This document shows, in pieces, positions 8,208 through 15,703 of a DNA stretch of 34,186 nucleotides (position 1 is the stretch's first letter; every line of letters begins with the position of its first letter). The stretch comes from a virus (Duplodnaviria > Caudoviricetes), in IMG/VR virus record IMGVR_UViG_3300010384_000021, positions 1 through 34,186 of that record; one strand, written 5' to 3'. The notes under the pieces were generated by a model. It saw nothing but the letters and a program-made list of their open reading frames with translations, made no database searches and was not told the DNA's origin. Made by a program: the position numbers and the translations under genes.

Positions 8208-8896
8208 GATGCGGCCTTGAGGAACTCAAATGGTACAGTGATCGTTTCTGTCGCCGCCTCAAGGCTATCGAGCAGCACTTTCACCTGATCCTGATCGTCC
8301 CATCCCTGCACCGTCGCCTCGTGGCCGGCCTTGTCGCCCCAGATCAGCCGCACCTCCCTTCCGGGGAACAACTTCTTCTTCGCGCCCTTGATGATGCCTT
8401 TGCGCTTCTCTCGCTCAAGGCGCTCGCCGGCTTTGGAAAGACTGTCGGCCTTGGCTTGCGCCACCGCCCGGCTGTTCTGCTCGTACATGCGCAGACGGAA
8501 CAGGTCCAAGGCGCTGATGGCGAACGGCTGGCCGCAATTGTCGACCACACCACGGACGCCGACGACCTCATAGAGGCGCAGCCAGTCCCAATCCGACAAC
8601 TCGACAAAAATATAGCCCTTGAGCAGGGCGAAGCGGCGAAGCTCATAAAGGCCGGATTTCTTCCGGTTCCGCACCGCCATGTATTCGGCCGGCATGTAAT
8701 GGACGAAGCCGGCGATATCGAGATTTGCCTCGATCTTCGAACGATCCGGGGTGAGCGCCGAGGCGATGGTGTAGCCCCTTCCCCGCGTCTGCCCTTTGAG
8801 AGCCGACTCGCTCGGTTCCGGCCAACGCTCACGGTGCGGAGCCTGGAACCCCGGCATCGTCCGCACCGCGTACCAGTTGCCTTCCGCCTTCGCCAT
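8204..8896 (-). CDS. NusG-paralog transcription antiterminator (NGN + KOW), probable late-gene activator (230 aa)
   Basis: WYAVRTMPG, LLKGYIFV and VVGVRGVV (NGN domain); FPGREVRLIWGDKAGHEATV (KOW-like); occupies the position of lambda Q. Confidence 0.88.
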   Translation of the reverse strand: MAKAEGNWYAVRTMPGFQAPHRERWPEPSESALKGQTRGRGYTIASALTPDRSKIEANLDIAGFVHYMPAEYMAVRNRKKSGLYELRRFALLKGYIFVELSDWDWLRLYEVVGVRGVVDNCGQPFAISALDLFRLRMYEQNSRAVAQAKADSLSKAGERLEREKRKGIIKGAKKKLFPGREVRLIWGDKAGHEATVQGWDDQDQVKVLLDSLEAATETITVPFEFLKAAS

Positions 8897-8913
8897 GTCC
8901 TCGTGTCCTCGTG

Positions 8914-9132
8914 TCAGCGAAATTTCGGGTGCGTGATAGCGGTCAGGATCATGTCTTCCGCGATCATCTTGTTCGTATGCTGGGACCGGCCGATATTGAC
9001 GATTGCCACGATGCCGGTAGGTTCATGCGTGGCGCGGACCCCGCCATGTGTCCCGACCATCTGCCCGCCAACGCGATTTCTGCCGCCGTCAGGCCAAGCC
9101 TCGAATGTGATGCCAGCCGAAAGGTCGCTCAT
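8914..9132 (-). CDS. Stand-alone class I release-factor (RF-1/peptidyl-tRNA hydrolase) GGQ domain protein (72 aa)
   Basis: GGQMVGTHGGVRATHEPTGIVAIVNIGRSQHTNKMIAEDMI aligns by eye with RF1/RF2 domain 3 (GGQHVN...VRITHLPTGIVV...RSQHKNK); GGAGG-type RBS, ATG 9132 two nt after the upstream stop. Confidence 0.85.
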   Translation of the reverse strand: MSDLSAGITFEAWPDGGRNRVGGQMVGTHGGVRATHEPTGIVAIVNIGRSQHTNKMIAEDMILTAITHPKFR

Positions 9133-9134
9133 CC

Positions 9135-9521
9135 TCACCCCTCCCGCTGGATGGAGAGGAACGGCAGCGACACATATCCGCCCTCGCCCTTCGCCGTCAT
9201 CGGAGCGCTGCCAAGCGCCGTTCGGTTCGGCACCCATTGGCGGTAGAACTTAATGCCGGATGAGGTCACGTACGGGCCGGTGTCGGGCTCATCCACCTTG
9301 ATCGGCTCGGGCGTCGGATCGACGTGCCGGACGTGATCGCGCTTGCCGAGGGAATGCGTCGTCTCCCGACTGGCATTGATCTGCGCCTTGCGCTTTTCCA
9401 GCCATACGGGGTCCAGTCTTGCCCGCGCCATGTAGTAGCTGATGCCAAACGCGCTTCCGATTTCCGCGAAGCCCAGGCCGCGCGCTTTCATGGCTTTCGC
9501 TTCATCGAGATTCCAGTTCAT
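9135..9521 (-). CDS. Hypothetical protein with N-terminal HTH-like segment (128 aa)
   Basis: MKARGLGFAEIGSAFGIS is HTH-like; ATGA coupling at 9518-9521. Confidence 0.65.
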   Translation of the reverse strand: MNWNLDEAKAMKARGLGFAEIGSAFGISYYMARARLDPVWLEKRKAQINASRETTHSLGKRDHVRHVDPTPEPIKVDEPDTGPYVTSSGIKFYRQWVPNRTALGSAPMTAKGEGGYVSLPFLSIQREG

Positions 9522-9691
9522 GCCAATTCCCTCACAACATGCAGGTTGGGACCGCGCTCGCGTTCGTTCGCGGCGTGGATCACCTTGCAAACGTCCGGTT
9601 CAGGGACGTGCAGAGCCGATGCAATGTCGAACGTATCGAAGCGGTTGGAACGCCATAGAACCAGTACGGCGGCGGCTTTCAGGAGCGTCAT
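9518..9691 (-). CDS. Small HTH-like protein (57 aa)
   Basis: FDTFDIASALHVPEPDV pattern; ATGA overlaps on both sides. Confidence 0.65.
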   Translation of the reverse strand: MTLLKAAAVLVLWRSNRFDTFDIASALHVPEPDVCKVIHAANERERGPNLHVVRELA

Positions 9692-10197
9692 GCTCGATCT
9701 CCGATGAGAGGAACGGCATTGCGCCACCAGGGATCGGGGCCGAACAGATCGCCAATTTCCGGCTTCCCGGTGATCTCTCCCGGACACCAGATCGAGCCGC
9801 GAGGGTGAATTCCCTGATGGACAAGCTGACGTGCCCAGTCCTTCGTGCACTTCCGCTCAACCACCTTCGAACGAGGCGGGTGGTAACCGTACAGTCGCCC
9901 CTCGACGTGGAACTTCGGCTCGGGTTCGATGGCGCCGCGAACGATTGCGGCAAGTTCCGGGGGGTGCGGGCAGAACTTGTTGCTGATGTCTTTGCACTCG
10001 CCGCGAAGAAACCGGCGAATACCGTGCGCGATGGCCTCGACAGGCAACCCTTGAAGCGCCTGCATGTAGCCGAAAACCGCCTTCTCAGGATCGGTACCGC
10101 GTGGCAACGGCATCGAATTGAACAAGATTTGCAGCGCCGCCCCGATCTGTTCGTGCGTAGCTGCCGTCGATGGTTTGATTTCCGTGCTGTGGTGCAT
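9688..10197 (-). CDS. Replication-associated protein (putative helicase loader/inhibitor)
   Basis: Follows the initiator gene; YMQALQGLP...FCPHPPELAAIVR resembles the F-P-xxEL motif of phage helicase loader/inhibitor-like proteins. Confidence 0.55.
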   Translation of the reverse strand: MHHSTEIKPSTAATHEQIGAALQILFNSMPLPRGTDPEKAVFGYMQALQGLPVEAIAHGIRRFLRGECKDISNKFCPHPPELAAIVRGAIEPEPKFHVEGRLYGYHPPRSKVVERKCTKDWARQLVHQGIHPRGSIWCPGEITGKPEIGDLFGPDPWWRNAVPLIGDRA

Positions 10198-10762
10198 TGC
10201 TTTCGCCTTGGACGATGCGGTCGAGGATGCTGTTCACTTCCGCCATGTGGCTTGGCGGCGCGGTGGCTTGAGGCTTGGGAGGAGGCGAAATGTTGCGGCG
10301 GTACCAGACGCGCCAAGTCGCCGGCCAATCGAGTTTCAGGCCGCCAGCACCCGGCTTTGCGCGCCAATAGTCGCAGAAACTGCGAGCCTGCCGTTCGGCC
10401 TCGATGCGAGGAACCCCCTCGGAAACGGCAGCGTCGATGTCAGGCTGGAAATCGTCCGGGATGCGCGACCCACGGGAAGGGCGAGCCGAAGGCGAGGCAA
10501 CCTTCTTTTCTTCCTTTCCAGATGTATCCTTAGTTTGGAGATTATCTTCTCCGCGCGCCACGCTCGCGTCATGTGAGGAAACTGTCACAGTGACTTCACG
10601 TGACTTCACGTGACGTCGACGTTCTTGACGCTCACGATCATTGGCACGTCGACGCTCAAGAGCATCCGATTGCTGTTCCTCGAACGCCTTTACGGTCGCA
10701 AGGATCACGTCGCCGGGGACGCCGGCTGCAATCATCGGCTCAAGGATGGCGGAAAGCTTCAA
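10085..10762 (-). CDS. Phage replication initiator protein (about 225 aa, TTG start)
   Basis: RRRANDRERQERRR, RGSRIPDDFQP and FCDYW...KLDWPATWRVWYRR motifs; TTGA coupling with AGGAG RBS; contains iterons. Confidence 0.78.
   Translation of the reverse strand: MKLSAILEPMIAAGVPGDVILATVKAFEEQQSDALERRRANDRERQERRRHVKSREVTVTVSSHDASVARGEDNLQTKDTSGKEEKKVASPSARPSRGSRIPDDFQPDIDAAVSEGVPRIEAERQARSFCDYWRAKPGAGGLKLDWPATWRVWYRRNISPPPKPQATAPPSHMAEVNSILDRIVQGESNAPQHGNQTIDGSYARTDRGGAANLVQFDAVATRYRS
10501..10640. repeat. Putative replication origin: TCACGTGAC-type iterons next to an AT/purine-skewed tract within the initiator gene
   Basis: gtcacagtgac-ttcacgtgac-ttcacgtgac-gtcgac at about 10584-10620; AT-richer pyrimidine tract at 10501-10550; lambda-like ori layout. 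Confidence 0.65.
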
Positions 10763-11166
10763 GCAGCCATCTCCTGTTCCGCAGCGCAGATCAGGACGAC
10801 GACTGCCGGGCCGCCGAGATTGTCGGCCCACTTCGCGCTGACGCTTTCCGCCAGGCTATCGTCGGGGACAACGCCGGCGGCAACCAGAGCATCACTCACC
10901 GGCTTTATGAGGTTGTCGATGTCTCTTGCCCGCTTGGTGCGCCAATCGCGCTGTACGGCGATGGAAAGGCGATACGGGCCGGATATGCTGCCGGGGCGAG
11001 CGGCGGCGATTTCCCATGCCGCAGCCTTCTTCCACTCGGCATAGGCCTTGCTCTTGACGGATCGGACCTTGCCGCCGTCAATGAAGTGCGAGCGCATCCC
11101 GTTCGCTGACGGAGGCATGTCCGCCAGTTCGATCCGCACCAGCCCCCTTGCTTGTGTGGAGGTCAT
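10759..11166 (-). CDS. rusA: RusA family Holliday junction resolvase (135 aa)
   Basis: PPSANG and RDIDNLIKPVSDALVAAGVVPDDS catalytic motif. Confidence 0.92.
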   Translation of the reverse strand: MTSTQARGLVRIELADMPPSANGMRSHFIDGGKVRSVKSKAYAEWKKAAAWEIAAARPGSISGPYRLSIAVQRDWRTKRARDIDNLIKPVSDALVAAGVVPDDSLAESVSAKWADNLGGPAVVVLICAAEQEMAA

Positions 11167-12179
11167 GCGGCCTCGCAAACAGAAAGCAGGTCGTCGGGCT
11201 TGCGCTTTTCCATCGCTGCGAGATTTCGCGCTGCCTGATCGAAGTAGGTATCCTTGAGTTCGAAACCGACGCCCCTCCGACCCATCTGCGCGGCGACATA
11301 GACCTCGCTGCCGATGCCGAGGAATGGCGTCAGAACGGTTTCGCCGGGAAGGCTCCATAACTGGCAGCACCGCTCGATCACGTCGAGTTGCAGCGGCGAA
11401 ATGTGCTGCTCATCCTTCTCGTCTCGCTCGTCCTGCGCGACGGGGTTCCACTTCCTGTTTTGCAGGGTGCGGGTCTGATCAATGTCGGACCAGACCGGCG
11501 ATGCGTATCGCTGCCAGATCAGGATCGATCGCCAAGTCTCGAAGGGCCATGCCTTGCGGCCTTCGGACTCCGTAATCATCCGGTGACGGTCGTAGGCTTC
11601 GCGCGACACGTCGAGGCTGTCATCGCCGGCCCAGATATCGAAGCCGCCCGAAACCGCATCCTCATTATCGCCCGGCTTGCGGAAGCTCACGATGTAGTCC
11701 GCCAGTCCCATGCCGGAGATTGTGCTGTCCTTGAGGATTTGTTTGTGAAGGAGCCGGATCGACTTCGTGCGCTGCTGCGCGATAACCGGGTCTTTCCAGA
11801 TGCAAACCTCGCTGTGGAAGATCCATCCCGCATCCTGATAAGCGCGGATCACGTCACCGCGAAAATCCTGCATGCCGATGAAGCCATGACGAGTCTTGCT
11901 CGTCGGAAGCTGCATGCAATGGACAGAATGAAGCCGGCCAGGCCTTGTTACGCGATGGAGTTCACGGATCAAAAACCCATAATGCTGCCAGAACGTGTCG
12001 CCTTCGGAATTGGAGATATCCCGTTCCGAATTGCTGAACTTGTAGAGGCCGATGAACGGAGGGGAATGGATGCCGAAATGCACACTGTTGTCCGGCAGGC
12101 CGCGAATGAGTTCGCAGCAATCGCCTTGAAAAATGGCGTAGTCATCCGTAACGATCTGCTTAGCTGCGTTCACGTTCAC
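11163..12179 (-). CDS. Amino-type (N4-C/N6-A) DNA methyltransferase, beta class (338 aa)
   Basis: Motif IV SPPF near the N-terminus, HISPLQ, and motif I VLTPFLGIGSE near the C-terminus. Confidence 0.9.
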   Translation of the reverse strand: MNVNAAKQIVTDDYAIFQGDCCELIRGLPDNSVHFGIHSPPFIGLYKFSNSERDISNSEGDTFWQHYGFLIRELHRVTRPGRLHSVHCMQLPTSKTRHGFIGMQDFRGDVIRAYQDAGWIFHSEVCIWKDPVIAQQRTKSIRLLHKQILKDSTISGMGLADYIVSFRKPGDNEDAVSGGFDIWAGDDSLDVSREAYDRHRMITESEGRKAWPFETWRSILIWQRYASPVWSDIDQTRTLQNRKWNPVAQDERDEKDEQHISPLQLDVIERCCQLWSLPGETVLTPFLGIGSEVYVAAQMGRRGVGFELKDTYFDQAARNLAAMEKRKPDDLLSVCEAA

Positions 12180-13582
12180 GCTGCTTCCTCCTGCTTTAGC
12201 CAGCTTGGTAGGGTCATCGGGATCGATGGGGCGTAGTCAGAGCGGACCCGTGCGTTGCCGCGCACGAGTTCGCTCGTCAGGTCCGCCATATGAGCGACCA
12301 TCTGTTCCGCCATATGATCGGCGTCGGATTCCTTGCGCCGGAGATTGGCGACAACGGCCCCTTCCATTTCCGATGCGATGAAGTGGACGTTGACGGGCTT
12401 CGACTGCCCGAACCGCCAGAATCGGCGGATTGCCTGATAGATTTGCTCGAAGCTGTCATTCAGGCCGACGAAGCCGGTGTCGGCGCAATGCTGAAAGTTA
12501 AGCCCGAACCCGCAAATCGAAGGTTTGGAGACCAACACCCTCGCTCGACCGTCAAGGAAATCGGCAATCTTACGCTCCTTGTCCTCATCCTTGTCAGAGC
12601 CGCTAAGATTGATCGCGCCGGGGATAGCCTTCGCGAGCGCATCAGCTTCCGAATTGAGATTGCACCACCAGACGAAAGGCCGATCATCCGGCGTGATGGA
12701 AGCCGCGAGCGCAACACGTTCCTCGATGCTATCCCGGCGAGCCGCGATGCGTTCCTGCATGGTGTGCGCTTCCATCGGAAATAGCAGGCCAGTATCGAGC
12801 GACGGCTCGTACTCGACCGCTACTGTGTGCGATTTCTGATGAAGCGGGGGCAGATCATAGCCATCGTTCGGATAGCCAAGATCGGAAGGCTGGCGAAGCA
12901 TGACGGCCCATGAAGCCATCCACTTCCAGAATTCATTCTCTGCGTGGCCTTTCAACCGCCATTTCTGCGTGTCGCCCCCGTCATGGACGAAGAACGTGGC
13001 GAGCATATCCGTGTAGGACATGACGCCCAAAAACTCGGCATGGTTGCCAAGTTCCATGAAGTCATTTGGCGCAGGCGTTGCCGTAGCTGCCAGCCGGAAG
13101 GGAACCTGCGAACATTCGGAAATCAGCTTCGTGCGGTATTTGCCGTCAGTCGATTTCAGGATGCTGCTTTCATCGAGGCAGACGCCGCCGAACGCGGGCA
13201 GATCGAAATGCTCGATCTTCTGGTAATTCGTGACGTTGACGCCGGGGCCGACTTCGGGTTGGTCCCGAACGATGCGCGCCGATAGCCCGAACTTGACCGC
13301 CTCTCGGATATGCTGCTGCGACACCGCGAGCGGCGCGAAGATCAAGACCGGCCTGCCGGTATGAGCGGCAACACGATCCGCCCACGTCAATTCCATCAGC
13401 GTCTTGCCGAGACCAGTTCCGGCGAAGATTGCCGCCCTGCCCCGGCGAAGCGCCCAACGCGTGATATCGCGTTGGTGTGGCATCATCACGCCCGGAAGAT
13501 CGACTTCGCCAGCGATACCGGTATCAGGATCAATGATCCGCTTTGTCGACAAGAATGACTGATAGTCTGGAAGCGAGTTCAC
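12176..13582 (-). CDS. SF2 (SNF2-like) helicase (about 468 aa)
   Basis: Walker A GTGLGKT, motif II LDESS, motif III TATP, GFGLNFQ, QAIRRFWRFGQ; GTG start with GGAGG RBS. Confidence 0.9.
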   Translation of the reverse strand: MNSLPDYQSFLSTKRIIDPDTGIAGEVDLPGVMMPHQRDITRWALRRGRAAIFAGTGLGKTLMELTWADRVAAHTGRPVLIFAPLAVSQQHIREAVKFGLSARIVRDQPEVGPGVNVTNYQKIEHFDLPAFGGVCLDESSILKSTDGKYRTKLISECSQVPFRLAATATPAPNDFMELGNHAEFLGVMSYTDMLATFFVHDGGDTQKWRLKGHAENEFWKWMASWAVMLRQPSDLGYPNDGYDLPPLHQKSHTVAVEYEPSLDTGLLFPMEAHTMQERIAARRDSIEERVALAASITPDDRPFVWWCNLNSEADALAKAIPGAINLSGSDKDEDKERKIADFLDGRARVLVSKPSICGFGLNFQHCADTGFVGLNDSFEQIYQAIRRFWRFGQSKPVNVHFIASEMEGAVVANLRRKESDADHMAEQMVAHMADLTSELVRGNARVRSDYAPSIPMTLPSWLKQEEAA

Positions 13583-13701
13583 ACCCACCTCCATCCAAAA
13601 GCTGCGCAGATCACAGCAGCAGCGAGAATTGCAGCGAAGAACCAGGGGAAGCGGTCGCGGGGATTGGGACCGCGCAACTCGTCAGCGAAGTCGTGCTGCA
13701 T
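13579..13701 (-). CDS. Small membrane protein (40 aa, MQHDFADEL...FAAILAAAVICAAFGWRWV)
   Basis: TGATG and GTGA coupling on both sides; single hydrophobic helix. Confidence 0.6.
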   Translation of the reverse strand: MQHDFADELRGPNPRDRFPWFFAAILAAAVICAAFGWRWV

Positions 13702-14354
13702 CAGGCGGCCTCCCTGCTTTCGAGAGAGACGGATCGGGCCATGGAAAGCAGACGCTCGCGGAATGGTGCAGGCGTGTGGATTCGTGCCGTGCTGTTCTGT
13801 CCGCCGCCTCGGCCGCCGACCTCGCCAAGGCGCTTGGCGCGCTCCAGCCCCATGCGTTCGATGACGGCCGGGTCGAGCCGCGGCTCGCCTACACCCCAAT
13901 CCAATTCCGGCAGCTCGCAGCCATAGGCCAACAGAAGCGTCGGCTTACGGGCATAGTGGCCGTACCGGCCTTGCTCAACACAGCATGTCCAGCCGCCATG
14001 AAAATCGGCTACGACCCATCCGCCTTCACGCGGCGGTTTATTCAGCCCGAAATGCGCCCAGGCATGACTGCCCCATGGATGCTCCAGAACGCCGCCATGC
14101 AACCGGACAGAGGCCAGAGCAGCGGCAAAGCAACCGCCGTCGTCTCCCTTGATCTTCCGCTCGCCGGTACGTTTGATCCAGAGAGGCTGGCCGGCCCACA
14201 GCTTGCCCCATCGCTGACAGGGCGGATGCGCGACAACAGGATGCGGACCGGCATAGTTCCGCGCGTCTCGCGACTCGTCCCATGGATCGACGCCAGGCAG
14301 GCCGAAGTAGGCCCCGTCTGTTTCGACATAGAGGGCGGCGACGGTCTGCATCAT
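13701..14354 (-). CDS. Compact C5-cytosine methyltransferase-like protein (217 aa)
   Basis: VAHPPCQRW (catalytic PC-like), VLEHP (ENV-like), QGRYGHYARKPT (motif VIII-like), R-HTP-PF C-terminus; motif I degenerate. Confidence 0.65.
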   Translation of the reverse strand: MMQTVAALYVETDGAYFGLPGVDPWDESRDARNYAGPHPVVAHPPCQRWGKLWAGQPLWIKRTGERKIKGDDGGCFAAALASVRLHGGVLEHPWGSHAWAHFGLNKPPREGGWVVADFHGGWTCCVEQGRYGHYARKPTLLLAYGCELPELDWGVGEPRLDPAVIERMGLERAKRLGEVGGRGGGQNSTARIHTPAPFRERLLSMARSVSLESREAA

Positions 14355-14725
14355 CCCCTCCCCTTCCGCTTTGCGGGGGTGGCGGGCTTCGAAGTCTGGT
14401 TGCCGAACGAAATCACCTTCTCATGCTGATCGAGGCCCGACAGGATCGACCGGCGTTCGCTGTTCAGCACCCTGAGGCGGCCGATCTCGACCTCGTGGCC
14501 GGATATCTCGATCTCGTCATCTTCGATCTGGCGCATTAGCCTGGACCGCTTGTTGCCGATCTCCTGCAATTCGAGCTGGATAGGGGTCAGAGGCGGGAAC
14601 TCGATAACGAGAGCGCCATGCACTTCGGTTTCGAGGTCGCCGGCCAGTTCGGTCGCCGCTTCAAGATCGGCGGTGAAGGCGTCGGGCTTGCGGCCACGAA
14701 ACGGGATCAGTTCTGCCAGGCTCAT
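14351..14725 (-). CDS. Hypothetical coiled-coil protein (124 aa)
   Basis: ATGA coupling with GGAGG RBS; in operon order. Confidence 0.7.
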   Translation of the reverse strand: MSLAELIPFRGRKPDAFTADLEAATELAGDLETEVHGALVIEFPPLTPIQLELQEIGNKRSRLMRQIEDDEIEISGHEVEIGRLRVLNSERRSILSGLDQHEKVISFGNQTSKPATPAKRKGRG

Positions 14726-15111
14726 TTCAATTCCTCCCGCGCTTTGCCCTTCGCAGCCGCCAAGCGAGCCACCAGAGCTTCAATTTCAGTTTGAATAGCT
14801 GCCACATCGTCGCTGGGCTCCACGGCATGGGCCGTCTTAGCTTCTTCAAGGAGACGCGCCGCTTGCCGGCCGCAATGATCCGCAAATGCTGCGCGGATGC
14901 GGGCAAACGTTGAGACTTCACACGTCTTGGCTTTTTGCTTGCGCAGATGATCGAGGGTCCAGAAGCCGATGCCATACTTGGCCTCCAGCCTCGTCATTGC
15001 GTTCTCGTAGTCACCCGGTCCACGCGCCTCGCGGTGGATCATCTGGCGCACGTAATCACTCGCTACAGCGGCGCTCATGGGTTTCGGATTCCCTTCGTTT
15101 GGGTACGACAT
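14722..15111 (-). CDS. Hypothetical helical protein, possible transcriptional regulator (129 aa)
   Basis: Position downstream of cro; LEAKYGIGFWTLDHLRK is HTH-like. Confidence 0.65.
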   Translation of the reverse strand: MSYPNEGNPKPMSAAVASDYVRQMIHREARGPGDYENAMTRLEAKYGIGFWTLDHLRKQKAKTCEVSTFARIRAAFADHCGRQAARLLEEAKTAHAVEPSDDVAAIQTEIEALVARLAAAKGKAREELK

Positions 15112-15593
15112 GCTCTCGGTCCTATGGTTTCGTTGCGGTCATGGAAAACCGCAGACGAAAAGGACCGGAGACGATTGGACAGGCCGCAGCGCGATTGCTT
15201 CGCAGGCTGGATGCGCAGCGGAAAAGACCACCGGGCGAGAGGCCCGGAGAATTTGCGGCGTCGAAGGCCCATGCCGGGGAGGAGGTCGGTCAAGCCTCCG
15301 ACGCCATCCGCGCGGGGAGTGACGCGCAGATGAGAAATGGATGCGGGCAGGTTGGTTTCCAGAGTACGCACCGGGTCGCCCATGAGGGACAGACGACATT
15401 GCCTATCGCCTGCCCGCCACCCAGCGGAGGTACGATAGCCGGCAATTCTCGGGGCTGTGCGAGCAACGTCCGCTGGATAAGTGATTTCAAACGCGGCGGA
15501 ACGGTCCCTGATACCGTCGCTTGCGGGCCGGCGGTGATCCTCGCATTTGCCGGCCCGCGTCAGGTCCGCCGCTATGGTGGATGAGGCGGTCAC
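15075..15593 (-). CDS. Hypothetical protein (GTG start); strand ambiguous with + ORF 15141-15584
   Basis: GTGA coupling to the upstream small gene; no recognisable motif. Confidence 0.3.
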   Translation of the reverse strand: MTASSTIAADLTRAGKCEDHRRPASDGIRDRSAAFEITYPADVARTAPRIAGYRTSAGWRAGDRQCRLSLMGDPVRTLETNLPASISHLRVTPRADGVGGLTDLLPGMGLRRRKFSGPLARWSFPLRIQPAKQSRCGLSNRLRSFSSAVFHDRNETIGPRACRTQTKGIRNP

Positions 15594-15703
15594 TCGCTCG
15601 CCCCATAGATGCAGGTCCAGCGGTAGCCTACGAAGGCCCAGACAGCACCGAAGATGATCGATGCCAGAAGCCAGTAAGCGAGTATGTGGATGACGATGCT
15701 CAT
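15590..15703 (-). CDS. Small membrane protein (37 aa, MSIVIHILAYWLLASIIFGAVWAFVGYRWTCIYGASE)
   Basis: Read manually; ATGA coupling to the GapR-like gene; hydrophobic helix. Confidence 0.6.
   Translation of the reverse strand: MSIVIHILAYWLLASIIFGAVWAFVGYRWTCIYGASE

Noticed and set aside
7859-9253. 464-aa plus-strand ORF spanning the tRNA, NusG paralog and GGQ gene
   Set aside because: Antisense shadow of well-supported minus-strand features; no motifs; long shadow ORFs are expected at this GC content
11163-14354. Complete restriction-modification or BREX/DISARM defence system
   Set aside because: No endonuclease, specificity subunit or other system genes; located in the lytic early operon like orphan phage MTases
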